Shown: positions 9,170 to 19,020 of the stretch, in pieces
Numbering within the stretch: the first letter of the stretch is position 1
Layout: each line of letters opens with the position of its first letter
Virus record (IMG/VR): IMGVR_UViG_2595698357_000001
Span: 93,835 to 157,834 of that record
Reading direction: 5' to 3' (one strand)
Length of the DNA: 64,000 bases
From: a virus
Lineage: Duplodnaviria > Caudoviricetes
Program-made: the position numbers and the translations under genes
Notes under the pieces: model-generated
Told to the model about the DNA's origin: nothing
What the model saw: the letters and a program-made list of their open reading frames with translations, nothing else
The model's database searches: none

Positions 9170-9493
9170 ATGTCCAAGATAAATCACGCCCACGCTGCAG
9201 TATTTGAATCTTTCATCTCTAACGTCGGCTTCCAGTTCACAAAGGAAGAACACGAAGCGGCCTGTGAAAACAACTGCACGCGGGGCGCATACATTGACGT
9301 GTTGCTAGCTGAGACCAAAGGGGATTTGACTCTCTATATCAGCGCCACCATCAACCGCATGTGGCTGTTTGAAGGCGACAACGTTGTCCTGTACGTTGAC
9401 GACTTCCAGTGGGATGAGGGCGGTGCTGAGTACAACGGCACACTGGTGGCCAACGCCTACTCCAACGGCTTCACCAAGTACCTGTGGAACTAA
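9170..9493 (+). CDS. Hypothetical protein
   Basis: AGGAG SD. Confidence 0.75.
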   Translation: MSKINHAHAAVFESFISNVGFQFTKEEHEAACENNCTRGAYIDVLLAETKGDLTLYISATINRMWLFEGDNVVLYVDDFQWDEGGAEYNGTLVANAYSNGFTKYLWN

Positions 9494-9502
9494 GGAACTG
9501 AA

Positions 9503-9712
9503 ATGCTGACCATCAAAGCAGTGAACAAGGCGATAGCCGAAGCAGGCCACAAAGAGACCCTGGAACGCGGAGATGGTTATTTCTATTTCCGGGGCGGTGA
9601 GGCAAACAACTGGATTGCAGTATCAGTCCACGTCTACGCCCTGAACCACCTAACTCTAGACCAGTGGCTTGAGTCCCTGGAATCTTTGAGGGAGGCAAAC
9701 AAGTCCAGCTGA
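9503..9712 (+). CDS. Hypothetical protein
   Basis: TAAGGA SD. Confidence 0.7.
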   Translation: MLTIKAVNKAIAEAGHKETLERGDGYFYFRGGEANNWIAVSVHVYALNHLTLDQWLESLESLREANKSS

Positions 9713-9748
9713 ATAAATACCCTCTGATATACCAACAGAGGGTTTTTC
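9712..9748 (+). promoter_or_regulatory. Late promoter AATAAATA overlapping SD-sequestering/terminator hairpin
   Basis: ACCCTCTG...CAGAGGGT stem contains GAGG SD, followed by T-tract. Confidence 0.65.
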
Positions 9749-9751
9749 ATT

Positions 9752-10546
9752 ATGGCACTCCTACGAAAGGGCGACCGTGGTCCTGCGGTCGTCGACCTCC
9801 AGAAACAGCTGAACGCCATCGGCTACAATCTCGCCACTGACGGCATTTTCGGCAACGGCACAGACCAGGCGGTGCGCAAGGTTCAATCCGGAGCCGGGCT
9901 TGTCGTGGACGGCGTTGTCGGTCCGAAGACAGTGTACGCTATCCAGAACGCAGGCGACCGCCACGTTGACCACCTCACTGAAGATGATCTGGTGCAGGCC
10001 GCACGTGACCTCGGCTGTGAGCTGGCTGCTATCAAGGCGGTCAACCAGGTTGAGGCGCGTGGTTCAGGCTACACCAAGTCAGGCGACCTGAAGATGCTAT
10101 TTGAGCGTCACATCATGTTCCGTCAGCTGACCAACAAATACGGTCTTGACCGGGCTAACCAGTTGGCTGCTCAGTACCCTGATGTTGTCAACAAGTCGGC
10201 AGGCGGGTACACCACCAACGAGCGGGCGCGACTGGAAAAGGCTGTTACCATCGATGCTGAGTGCGCCTATGCTTCGGCCTCGTATGGTCTGTTCCAGATC
10301 ATGGGCTTCAACGGCGTCAAGGTCTGTGGCTACCCAACAGCCAAGGCGTTCTACATAGACATGCTGAATGGCGGAGAGAGCGCTCACCTGCGGGCGTTCG
10401 TACAGTTCATCAAGGCTGACAACAACCTGTTGACGGCACTGAGAACCAAGAACTGGGCATCCTTCGCGCGCTGGTACAATGGTCCCAACTACGCGGCCGA
10501 CGGCTACGACAAGAAGCTGGCAGCAGCCTACGCTTCATTTGTGTGA
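9752..10546 (+). CDS. Modular endolysin: peptidoglycan-binding domain + DUF3380 N-acetylmuramidase
   Basis: DGIFG/DGVVG PG-binding repeats; VE..G, FERH, SYGLFQIMGFN, FARWYNGP motifs. Confidence 0.92.
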   Translation: MALLRKGDRGPAVVDLQKQLNAIGYNLATDGIFGNGTDQAVRKVQSGAGLVVDGVVGPKTVYAIQNAGDRHVDHLTEDDLVQAARDLGCELAAIKAVNQVEARGSGYTKSGDLKMLFERHIMFRQLTNKYGLDRANQLAAQYPDVVNKSAGGYTTNERARLEKAVTIDAECAYASASYGLFQIMGFNGVKVCGYPTAKAFYIDMLNGGESAHLRAFVQFIKADNNLLTALRTKNWASFARWYNGPNYAADGYDKKLAAAYASFV

Positions 10547-10550
10547 TGAC

Positions 10551-10575
10551 ACCCCGCTTCGGCGGGGTTTTATTT
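10551..10575 (+). terminator. Intrinsic terminator
   Basis: ACCCCGC-TTCG-GCGGGGT-TTTATTT. Confidence 0.85.
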
Positions 10576-10656
10576 GAGCGCGACCCCAGTAGTTCATTGA
10601 GGGTGTCGGGGTTATAAGTACTCTTGCCATGTTAGTTTCTTTAAGGAAACCTGTGT

Positions 10657-11493
10657 ATGCAAACCAATAGCTCTGTCGTGAAAATGCCTAGCAAAGGCGC
10701 TCGCAAGTCTGACCGCAAGAAGGTCACCGTACAGAAAGAAGACGAATGGTTGAAATATTCCAAAGGGGAATTCAAGTACGCACCATTCCAATCGTTGTCT
10801 GAGCACCAGACAGAAGCATACGAATCCGCCCTGGTAAACCCCCTGACCGTAGCTATCGGTCCGGCAGGCACCGGCAAATCGTACTCAGGCGCATCTGCTG
10901 CCATCCAGCATTATGCCCAGGGTACAGTCAAGAAAATCATCATCGCGCGCTCTCCGCTCCCTACAGGCACCACCGCCGGGTTCAGACCGGGCGACACCTA
11001 TGAAAAGCTGATGCCATACCTGATGCCTCTGATCCAGACCTTCAAGAAGGTGTTGAAGACTGACAGCGGCAGCGATGGCTTCTTCAACTATCTGTGGGAG
11101 AAGAAGGTCATCGAAATTCAGGATCTGGAGACCATCAAGGGTATGTCGTTTGATGACACCTTCCTGATTATCGAAGAAGCCCAAGAGTGCGACATGGAGC
11201 AATTGAAAAACTTGTTCACTCGTCCGAGCGACACGTCGTTCATTTACCTGAACGGCGATATTGCGCAATCAAATAAACGCCTGCGTGAAAATGCATTGCA
11301 GAAATATGTGGAATGCTTCCGTGATTTTAATGCCAAATTAGAATCAGGTGCGCTGGATCATTTAATGGTTGATGGCAAGCTGCCGGAATGGCTGACCCCA
11401 ATTAATATCGTTGAATTCGATAAATCTGACCGCAATGGTCGTGGCAACTTTGTGCGTAAGATGTTGGAAATCAACGACATGTACAATATCTAA
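10657..11493 (+). CDS. phoH: PhoH-like ATPase
   Basis: GPAGTGKS Walker A, GF.PG, GMSFDD..IIEEAQ, NGDIAQ. Confidence 0.9.
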   Translation: MQTNSSVVKMPSKGARKSDRKKVTVQKEDEWLKYSKGEFKYAPFQSLSEHQTEAYESALVNPLTVAIGPAGTGKSYSGASAAIQHYAQGTVKKIIIARSPLPTGTTAGFRPGDTYEKLMPYLMPLIQTFKKVLKTDSGSDGFFNYLWEKKVIEIQDLETIKGMSFDDTFLIIEEAQECDMEQLKNLFTRPSDTSFIYLNGDIAQSNKRLRENALQKYVECFRDFNAKLESGALDHLMVDGKLPEWLTPINIVEFDKSDRNGRGNFVRKMLEINDMYNI

Positions 11494-11527
11494 ACCCACT
11501 CCGTTTTTATGTTATAAAACAACCGCT

Positions 11528-11553
11528 TCAATAGCATTGAGGCGGTTTATAAT
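11528..11553 (+). promoter_or_regulatory. Middle-type promoter TCAATA-N14-TATAAT overlapping hairpin
   Basis: Motif match upstream of nrdA. Confidence 0.6.
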
Positions 11554-11604
11554 ATCCACCTGATTAAATACCGTACCACAAAAAGTAGAACCCTGAGGAT
11601 CGCT

Positions 11605-13905
11605 ATGATTAATATCATAAAGCGGGACGGACGTGTCGTCCCCTACGACGTTGAGAAACTGCACATTGTTCTTGAAAGGGCGTGTGAAGATCTTGATGGT
11701 GTTTCACCGTCTGAGATAATTGAGCACTCCAAAATCCAATTCACCGATAATATGAAGACGTCGCGCATTCAAGAGATAATGATTAATGCTGCGGCCAATC
11801 TCATTTCAGTTGACAAACCCAATTACCAATATGTTGCCGCGCGCCTGAAGTCATATGACCTGCGCCAGCGTGTGTATGGTGAATACTATCCCCCGGCGCT
11901 GATTGACATCTTCAGGAAGAACACCGACCTCGGTATCTACGACGCGGGCTTCCTGGTTGACTACTCTCAGGCTGAGTTTGACCAGCTCCAGGCTGTCATC
12001 AACCACAAGCGTGACAAACGCTTTACCTGGGCTGCGATGGTTCAGCTGACGGAGAAATACCTGCTGCAGAACCGCGCCAAGAAGTCTGAGGGTATCTTCT
12101 ATGAGACCCCGCAGGTGATGTACATGGCGATTGCGATGGCTCTGTTCTCCAAATGGAACCGTGTTGAGCGCATGGACATGGTCACCCGCTTCTATGACTA
12201 CGCCAGCACCGGTAAATTCAGTCTGCCGACCCCGATCATGGCTGGCGTCCGTACCCGTACCCGTCAGTTCAGCTCCTGTGTGCTGATCAAAGTCGGCGAC
12301 ACGCTGGACTCTATCAAGGCCGCAGGCTCTGCTATCGTTGACTATGTCAGCAAGCGCGCAGGCATCGGTCTGGACGTGGGGGAGATTCGTGCCCTCGGTG
12401 CTCCTATCCGTGGCGGTGAGATGGAGCATACCGGAACTATCCCATTCATCAAGAAGTTCGTCGGTGACCTGAAGAGCTGCTCTCAGGGTGGGGTTCGCGG
12501 CGGCTCTATGACTGCCTACTATCCGATGTGGCACCTGCAGTTCCCAGCCATGATTGTTCTGAAGAATAACCGTGGCACTGAGAACAACCGCGAACGCCGC
12601 ACTGATTATGGTGTGCAGATCAACCGTGTCATGATGGAACGCGCCTGGAACAAACAGAACATCTACCTGTTTGACCCGGCCGAAGTCAAGAAGATGTTTG
12701 GGCCACTGTTCTACAGCTCTTACTTCAACGACGTCGACACCTTCCGTGATCTGTATGACCAGGCTATTAAGGCTGCTGAGCAGGGCATGCTGCGTCACGA
12801 GTGCCTGCCTGCGGATGAAGTCTGGGGCATGCTGTTAGACCAACGTTCTGACACAGGTCGAATCTATATCGAATTCTGTGACAACATGAACAAGTACAGC
12901 CCATTCACTCAGGACACCGTCTGGTCTTCCAATCTGTGCTGTGAGATCGCGCTACCGACCCGCGCCTTTGAGCAATACGATGACCCGAACGGCCGCATCG
13001 CGCTGTGCACCCTGGCCTCACTGAACATGACTGCGTTCGACGACCCGAAAGAGATCGAAGACGTTGCCTATGTGTTGGTGGCGGCGCTGGACAGCCTGCT
13101 GGAGTATCAGGACTATCCGTGCATCCAAGCCCGTGAAGCTGTTGTTGACTATCGTCCTCTGGGTATCGGCATCGTGAACCTGGCCCACTTCCTGGCCAAG
13201 AACTTCTGCTCCTATGGTAGCCCTGAAGGTCTGCGCCTGGTTGATGAATGGATGGCACACCTGCACTTCTACCTGATGAAGGCATCCAACCGCCTGGCTA
13301 TGCAATTCGGTAAGTGCCGTATGCCTACCATCCACGACGAAGGCAAGATCACCCCTGATCTGTTTGAGCGCAAGATCGTTGGTGAGCGTCCGGAAGGCAA
13401 CGCATATGGTCTGGATTGGGACGGCCTGCGCGCTGACCTGAAGAAGCATGGCATCCGTAACGCCACGTTGCTGGCTATCGCCCCGACTGAGAGCTCATCT
13501 CAGGTGCTGAACGCCACCAATGGCATTGAGCCACCGAAAGGTCCGATGACCTCGAAGGGCAGCAAGAACGGCGTGGTACGCCAGCTGGTTCCGGACATCG
13601 AGACCCTCAAAGATGTCTATGACTACAAGTGGGACATCCAGTGCGCACCATACCTGATGACGTCGGCGTTGCTGCAGTACTGGGTTGACCAGGCTATCAG
13701 CACCAACACGCATTACAAGCCGGGTGATTTCCCTGACAACAAGATCCCGCGCTCAGTGATGTTCCAAGACATGGTCAACTTCTACTTCTACGGCGGCAAG
13801 ACCTTCTACTACAACACCAACTTCGATGCTGATGAATTGGCCGAAGAGCTGGGTGAAGAGAAGAAGGACGGCGGCGATCAGCCGTGTGAAAGTTGTGTAA
13901 TCTGA
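11605..13905 (+). CDS. nrdA: Ribonucleotide reductase class Ia alpha subunit
   Basis: ATP cone, SSC, SNLCCEI, KTFYY and C-terminal CESC. Confidence 0.97.
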   Translation: MINIIKRDGRVVPYDVEKLHIVLERACEDLDGVSPSEIIEHSKIQFTDNMKTSRIQEIMINAAANLISVDKPNYQYVAARLKSYDLRQRVYGEYYPPALIDIFRKNTDLGIYDAGFLVDYSQAEFDQLQAVINHKRDKRFTWAAMVQLTEKYLLQNRAKKSEGIFYETPQVMYMAIAMALFSKWNRVERMDMVTRFYDYASTGKFSLPTPIMAGVRTRTRQFSSCVLIKVGDTLDSIKAAGSAIVDYVSKRAGIGLDVGEIRALGAPIRGGEMEHTGTIPFIKKFVGDLKSCSQGGVRGGSMTAYYPMWHLQFPAMIVLKNNRGTENNRERRTDYGVQINRVMMERAWNKQNIYLFDPAEVKKMFGPLFYSSYFNDVDTFRDLYDQAIKAAEQGMLRHECLPADEVWGMLLDQRSDTGRIYIEFCDNMNKYSPFTQDTVWSSNLCCEIALPTRAFEQYDDPNGRIALCTLASLNMTAFDDPKEIEDVAYVLVAALDSLLEYQDYPCIQAREAVVDYRPLGIGIVNLAHFLAKNFCSYGSPEGLRLVDEWMAHLHFYLMKASNRLAMQFGKCRMPTIHDEGKITPDLFERKIVGERPEGNAYGLDWDGLRADLKKHGIRNATLLAIAPTESSSQVLNATNGIEPPKGPMTSKGSKNGVVRQLVPDIETLKDVYDYKWDIQCAPYLMTSALLQYWVDQAISTNTHYKPGDFPDNKIPRSVMFQDMVNFYFYGGKTFYYNTNFDADELAEELGEEKKDGGDQPCESCVI

Positions 13906-13978
13906 CCGTTATTTCCGTTAGCAGTACAGCCGTATAATCATGGGGTGGGGTTCCACCCCTTTTAATCTCGAGGACATC

Positions 13979-15097
13979 ATGGCTAAAGAATTCTCTGTGT
14001 TTAACACCAAATCAGACAACACCAAGCTCCCTTTCTTTGGTGACCCGGTTTCCATCCAGCGCTTCGACGTCGTCGCCTGGCCGCTCATCCAACGCTGGTA
14101 TGAGAAAGGCCTGGCCCAGTTCTGGCGTCCTGAGGAAGTTGATGTCACCAAGGACAAGGCTGACTATGAGTCTCTGTCAAAGGCTGAAAAGCATATCTTC
14201 GACTCCAATATCAAGCGCCAGATCATGCTGGACAGCATCCAAGGTCGCGCGCCGGTAGAAGCGTTCTCGCCAGTGGCATCAACTCCTGAGATGGAGTTCG
14301 CTATCCTGGAATGGACGCGTCAGGAGGCCATCCACTCCCTGTCGTACACCCACATCCTGCGCAACGTGCTGGACAACCCATCGGTCATCTTTGACAACCT
14401 GATGGACGTTGAAGAGATCGTTGACTGCGCCAAGTCCATCTCTGTGTACTACGATGATGCCATCCAGTACAGCGGCATGAAGCTGGCCGGGCGTGAGTTC
14501 ACCATGAAGGACACCATGGATCACAAACGTGCCTTCTGGCGCGCGCTGTTTGCTGCCAACGCCCTGGAAGGCATCCGCTTCTATGTGTCGTTCGCTTGCT
14601 CCTGGGCGTTCCCGACTTTCATGAACGGTAAGATGGAAGGCAACGCCAAGATCATCCGCCAGATCGCTCGTGATGAGCAGGATCACCTGATGCTGACCCA
14701 GACGTTGTTGAACCGTCTGCCGAGCATGGATCCTGACTTCGCTGTCATCCGTGAAGAGCTGCGCGGTGAGATGACCAAGCTGTACGTCGACGTTGCTGAC
14801 CAAGAGAAGGCATGGATCCCATACCTGTTCAAGTATGGCCCAATGCTGGGCTTGAACGAGTCTATCCTCAGCAAATTCGTTGACTGGCTGGCCGGGGTTC
14901 GTATGGCTGCTATCGGCCACCCGTACCCAGGAGAACTGGTCAAGACCAACCCGATGCCATTTATTAATGAGTGGCTAAGTAATAAAGAGATGCAGTATGC
15001 ACTGCAAGAAGCCGAAGCGGCCGACTACCTGACTGGTGTGTTGTCCGGCGGTATCCTTGATGAGTTCCGTAATCCGTTCAATGAGGTGAGTAAATGA
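13979..15097 (+). CDS. nrdB: Ribonucleotide reductase beta subunit
   Basis: FWRPEE, EAIHSLSY, EGIRF, RDEQDH di-iron motifs; GAGGA SD before 13979. Confidence 0.97.
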   Translation: MAKEFSVFNTKSDNTKLPFFGDPVSIQRFDVVAWPLIQRWYEKGLAQFWRPEEVDVTKDKADYESLSKAEKHIFDSNIKRQIMLDSIQGRAPVEAFSPVASTPEMEFAILEWTRQEAIHSLSYTHILRNVLDNPSVIFDNLMDVEEIVDCAKSISVYYDDAIQYSGMKLAGREFTMKDTMDHKRAFWRALFAANALEGIRFYVSFACSWAFPTFMNGKMEGNAKIIRQIARDEQDHLMLTQTLLNRLPSMDPDFAVIREELRGEMTKLYVDVADQEKAWIPYLFKYGPMLGLNESILSKFVDWLAGVRMAAIGHPYPGELVKTNPMPFINEWLSNKEMQYALQEAEAADYLTGVLSGGILDEFRNPFNEVSK

Positions 15098-15327
15098 CAG
15101 GTGTTGTTCAAATCTATTCCAAGAAAGGTTGTCAGCAGTGCATCGCGGCAGAAAACATGTGCAAGATCCGTCACCTGGATTTTGAAGTGTTGAAGCTGGA
15201 TAAAGACTACACCCTGGAAGATCTCCAGGCGCTGACCGGCAAACGCTCTATGTCTATGCCGGTGATCAAGATGCCGGATGGCTCAACCTTGGATTACCAA
15301 GGATTTGTTCAAAGTCTGAAGCGTTAA
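15094..15327 (+). CDS. Glutaredoxin
   Basis: CQQC motif and SMP cis-Pro, next to nrdB. Confidence 0.85.
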   Translation: MTGVVQIYSKKGCQQCIAAENMCKIRHLDFEVLKLDKDYTLEDLQALTGKRSMSMPVIKMPDGSTLDYQGFVQSLKR

Positions 15328-15332
15328 CTCCC

Positions 15333-15385
15333 AAAGGCCGGTATTGAAAACCGGCCTTTACTATTGAAGAATTTCCCGCTATATT
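15333..15385 (+). promoter_or_regulatory. Terminator hairpin fused to early promoter TTTACT-N17-TATATT
   Basis: AAAGGCCGGT...ACCGGCCTTT with TATTGAA in the loop. Confidence 0.6.
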
Positions 15386-15426
15386 TTCAGCATACCTTGA
15401 TTATCCCAACACAGGATACCTATACA

Positions 15427-15870
15427 ATGAACACTATTCTGAAGAATCCACAGCAAAACTTCGGCTGCATGCCTCTCCCTAATTTTGAATTCTGCCGCCA
15501 CGCTGTCACCAAAGAAGAGATCTTCGGTCTCCCATTGCATGAGGTGCTTGCCAAGGAGGTCTATGCCTCTGTAGTGGACGTTGTGGTTGAGGGGATAGGT
15601 GTCATTGGCAAAGTGTCCGAGGTACGCATTACGCCAGGATCTCGCTGGTTCCGCTTGGATACTACCGACTGCGCGGACGCTGTCTTTAACAACCTGCGCC
15701 TGGCTGTCATGAACCGGTTCCCTGAGTACACTCGCCCATGGTTGGTGTCAGAGCACCTCAACTTCCTGAACCCGAAAATTGAAATCTTCGTTGACGAGAT
15801 CGTTGATGAGCAGTCTGGCATGACCGACCACGTCGTTTCGTACCTGTTGATCAAAGGGATTATCTTATGA
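15427..15870 (+). CDS. Hypothetical protein
   Basis: ATG 15427 after CAGGA. Confidence 0.7.
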   Translation: MNTILKNPQQNFGCMPLPNFEFCRHAVTKEEIFGLPLHEVLAKEVYASVVDVVVEGIGVIGKVSEVRITPGSRWFRLDTTDCADAVFNNLRLAVMNRFPEYTRPWLVSEHLNFLNPKIEIFVDEIVDEQSGMTDHVVSYLLIKGIIL

Positions 15871-16310
15871 GCGGCACAGTGAACAATATGTTGGACGTGG
15901 CATGGTCTACACAACCCATGTTCAAGATCTTCAAAATGCCGATGAACGCATTGGTGGGGATTGTCAACGACAGTGATAAGGAAGCCCGGCTGCAGTTATA
16001 TTTGGGTGGGATCGCCAAACAGGTAGGTCATGTGTCTAACCTGAGGATCATGCAGCTACACGAAGACCTGGAGGATTGGGCACCACGAAGTGACGGGTTA
16101 ACTCATGAAATGGTCAAGCAATACATGATCTTTACGTTGCGCGCCACCCTGTATCTTAACCCGTCCTTCATCAACAGATATCCGGTCAGGGCAACACCTT
16201 CAGGGCAACTGGTATGTCGCCCCCGGCTGGAGTTTATGGCATGCTCCAAGACCAAACTCTTCACCGGGTTGCGTATCATCAACTGGCGTGATATGTTCAA
16301 GACACCTTAG
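15867..16310 (+). CDS. Hypothetical protein
   Basis: ATGA-coupled ORF. Confidence 0.7.
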   Translation: MSGTVNNMLDVAWSTQPMFKIFKMPMNALVGIVNDSDKEARLQLYLGGIAKQVGHVSNLRIMQLHEDLEDWAPRSDGLTHEMVKQYMIFTLRATLYLNPSFINRYPVRATPSGQLVCRPRLEFMACSKTKLFTGLRIINWRDMFKTP

Positions 16311-16687
16311 TTCACGCGCTTCAGGTAGATGGTCTCTGTGACTGGATCTGGTATGTTGGTCACATAGAATACGATCGTTATCTGAAGCGTGTGATAGTCC
16401 TCTGACAACGAGACTGCCACACTGTCTATCTCAGCCCTCGACTCATACTGAGTGATGGCATCCTCCACCTTGTTCTTGACATCAACCTGGATGGTCGGGT
16501 TCGTGTTCTCACCCAACATGCGGTAGACGCCAGCCCCCATCTCAGGCAGGGTTTCCCATTCATCCAGCGATGTCATGACAATGTTCCTAACAGACTGCTG
16601 AACAGCACGGACGCCGACCTTCTTGGTGACGTCCCCGGTTACTGGATGCCGCGTGAACGACATGTCAATATCGACATACTCTTTCAT
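16307..16687 (-). CDS. 25: Baseplate wedge subunit (gp25-like)
   Basis: DIDMSF..HPVTGD, AVQQSVRNIV, YE.RA motifs; TAATG coupling to gp5. Confidence 0.9.
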   Translation of the reverse strand: MKEYVDIDMSFTRHPVTGDVTKKVGVRAVQQSVRNIVMTSLDEWETLPEMGAGVYRMLGENTNPTIQVDVKNKVEDAITQYESRAEIDSVAVSLSEDYHTLQITIVFYVTNIPDPVTETIYLKRVN

Positions 16688-18507
16688 TACATGTCCTCCC
16701 AAGAAGACCCATCTGAGAATTTGAACACAGGCTTCTGGCCTGCAACTTTCAGCACCACCACCCCAATCACGGTAGACGCGTCTGGAAGCGTGTTGTATGT
16801 AGGTATGCTACTCATCTGTGCGTTCGCCGTGCTCTGTGCCGGAGAGGACGTATCTGCGGCCATCTTGGACTGTACCGCGCCGCTGGATGCACCGTTACCC
16901 TCGATCGGCTTGTCAAAGTTGCCTCCGGTGTCCTGGAGCTGAGCATTGATTGTGATATCACCTGGGCCAGATGGTGAAGCCGGGGTTGCGCCGCCTTTCG
17001 AGTTGGCAGTACCAGCCATGTCAGCATAGATGATGTTGCCGTTGATCTTCTCCTGCACCGTCAACTTCTGCGCAATAACCTCACCGACTAACAACTTCGA
17101 CAGCTTTAGAGTCCCTGACATCTCGATGTTCTGAGCCATGAAACGCAATATCCCGCCAACATGGTACTCGATCAGCCCGGCGAATTTGTACAAAGATGGC
17201 CCATTGACGACGTTACTGTACTGGTCTTGGTACAGGTGATAGGACGCCCCGGCTTTACGCTGCACCTCAGTACCACCCACGGTCAGGTTGTGGTCTTTCC
17301 CAACCATGTACCGCTTGTCGAACATCGTGATATCGAAGTCGTTGCGTACTGTCTTGCGCACCACATCCCCGGTTGACAACATTTGTTTGTATGACCCACT
17401 GCGGTGGAGCCAGTGGAGGCGCTCACCATCAGGGGTGTCATCCACTTCAATGACGTGACCTGAGCGGCTTGCGAACACGTTGTTGTACGGGTACTGGGAG
17501 CCACCTGACGTAGGGACAGTGTCAGCACCGAATGTCTCTTGATCCTGTACTCGGCCTGATGGTGGTGGAGTCGGGACGGTCTTCGGTGTGCGGTCAGGGA
17601 TAGGCTCAGACCATTTGCCGTTCTGCGACTTCGGCTCATTGGACACCAAGGTGTCGCCTGCAGGCCAACGATAGCCCAGGACAGATGAGCGCGGGAAACG
17701 AGATACCTTCACCTGGTCGCTCTGGTTGCCACCCAGGCAATACAGATACTGAGAGTCAAACTTCTGGACGAATGTCACGTGGCCGAACGTTGGGTTGTTA
17801 CCCCGGCGGAACACGACGATAGCGCCATAACGAGGCTCTGACAGGGCTACACCCCAGCTCATGTAGGAGCGCGCCAAGGCACTTTTGGTAGATGTGTATC
17901 CAGCCTTGAGCAGGCACCAGCCAACGAACGAGGCACACCATGAAACCTCATCCTCAGATGCCCCAAGGGATGTGGTCTTGTGGTACTCGATGATGCGTGG
18001 GTTGTTGTTGAACTTACCGCTGTATTCCTTGACGCCGATCTCACCACGTGCGATGCTCATCCACTTTTCTGGATCTATGCTGCTCGGTGGAGTCGGGGGT
18101 GTAGGCTCATCCGTTTCTTCTTTCACTGGAACGTCGGTCACGGCATTATATGCTTGACGATCGATCGCCTGCACCACCTGCCCCAGAGCCAATGGGTTAG
18201 TGTCGGCACCGTTGGTTGGGTTGCTTCCTGACCAAACCCAGGCCACCCGGATCTCTTGGTAGGCGTCGTCCGTTGCGAACCCGGCCACGTGAGAGCCCAC
18301 AGTCAACCCAGTCGGAGACCAACCTAGACCGACCGAGGAGGCATTTGTAGGTGGCATAAGTATCTTGGCCCAAGGCAGCATATCCGTAGGCAGGAGAGAC
18401 GTGTCAGTAGTGTGTACACCAAATATGCGCACAGCGACTCGGCCGTTCTGATCCGGATCATTGACGTCCTCAACAACGCCTTGCCACCAGTGTTTGATAT
18501 CGAGCAT
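16687..18507 (-). CDS. 5: Baseplate hub/central spike gp5 with NlpC/P60-CHAP-like peptidoglycan hydrolase domain
   Basis: GVVEDVNDPDQNGRV OB fold, WCASFVGWC and GHV..GGNQ hydrolase motifs, YPYNNV..SGH..E.DDTP gp5 motif. Confidence 0.9.
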   Translation of the reverse strand: MLDIKHWWQGVVEDVNDPDQNGRVAVRIFGVHTTDTSLLPTDMLPWAKILMPPTNASSVGLGWSPTGLTVGSHVAGFATDDAYQEIRVAWVWSGSNPTNGADTNPLALGQVVQAIDRQAYNAVTDVPVKEETDEPTPPTPPSSIDPEKWMSIARGEIGVKEYSGKFNNNPRIIEYHKTTSLGASEDEVSWCASFVGWCLLKAGYTSTKSALARSYMSWGVALSEPRYGAIVVFRRGNNPTFGHVTFVQKFDSQYLYCLGGNQSDQVKVSRFPRSSVLGYRWPAGDTLVSNEPKSQNGKWSEPIPDRTPKTVPTPPPSGRVQDQETFGADTVPTSGGSQYPYNNVFASRSGHVIEVDDTPDGERLHWLHRSGSYKQMLSTGDVVRKTVRNDFDITMFDKRYMVGKDHNLTVGGTEVQRKAGASYHLYQDQYSNVVNGPSLYKFAGLIEYHVGGILRFMAQNIEMSGTLKLSKLLVGEVIAQKLTVQEKINGNIIYADMAGTANSKGGATPASPSGPGDITINAQLQDTGGNFDKPIEGNGASSGAVQSKMAADTSSPAQSTANAQMSSIPTYNTLPDASTVIGVVVLKVAGQKPVFKFSDGSSWEDM

Positions 18508-18513
18508 GGGATC

Positions 18514-18549
18514 ACCCTGAATATGGTTGTTGCTATCAGGGTATTTATG
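18514..18549 (-). promoter_or_regulatory. Late promoter CATAAATA with SD-sequestering hairpin for gp5
   Basis: ACCCTGA...TCAGGGT stem. Confidence 0.6.
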
Positions 18550-18817
18550 GCGAGTTCCTCGCGCGCGGTATTAATTCGATTTTGAATTAAACTTGAATTA
18601 ATATCAATCACTCGCTACGCTCGGATAAGGTCAAAACAACTATCGCGTTCTCGCAAAGCTCGAACTTGATAAGACGGCAGAAAAACCATACCGTCTGGGA
18701 TGCTCCATGAAAAATGGTTTTTATTCAACAATTTCCTTCAAAATCGAGTTCCCCAACAAATTATCGGTGTTGAGCCACATATACGAATTTTAGGTGAGCA
18801 GGTTTAGATTGACCTGT

Positions 18818-18848
18818 AAAACAAATAAGGCCGCAAAGCGACCTTATT
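18818..18848 (-). terminator. Intrinsic terminator downstream of gp26 -1 frame extension
   Basis: AATAAGGTCGC-TTT-GCGGCCTTATT-TGTTTT on minus strand. Confidence 0.7.
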
Positions 18849-19020
18849 GGGGGTGTGGGTTATTAGACTGAGATGCTATTCTCCGTTTCAGCATCTCCGT
18901 CATCAGGTCAAGGTGCCAAGGCATCATATCACTGATCTCAAACATACTATAGCCGTGACGCTTCAGTGTGTCACACATTTCAAAATAGGATATTAAATCA
19001 ACTTCAAAGATCAGATGAAA
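18844..19020 (-). CDS. gp51-like C-terminal segment in -1 frame of gp26 (probable frameshift product)
   Basis: Open 58-codon frame FHLIFEVDLISYFEMCDTLKRHGYSMFEISDMMPWHLDLMTEMLKRR... beginning at slippery G_GTT_TTC. Confidence 0.7.
   Translation of the reverse strand, partial: FHLIFEVDLISYFEMCDTLKRHGYSMFEISDMMPWHLDLMTEMLKRRIASQSNNPHPQ

Noticed and set aside
11605-15097. Possible introns, inteins or homing endonucleases in nrdA/nrdB (also checked TS-like, uvsX, helicase and topoisomerase genes)
   Set aside because: All are continuous, near canonical length, and show no intein or HNH/GIY-YIG motifs
18324-18611. 95-aa minus ORF overlapping gp5 start
   Set aside because: Spans the late promoter, overlaps gp5 out of frame, atypical composition
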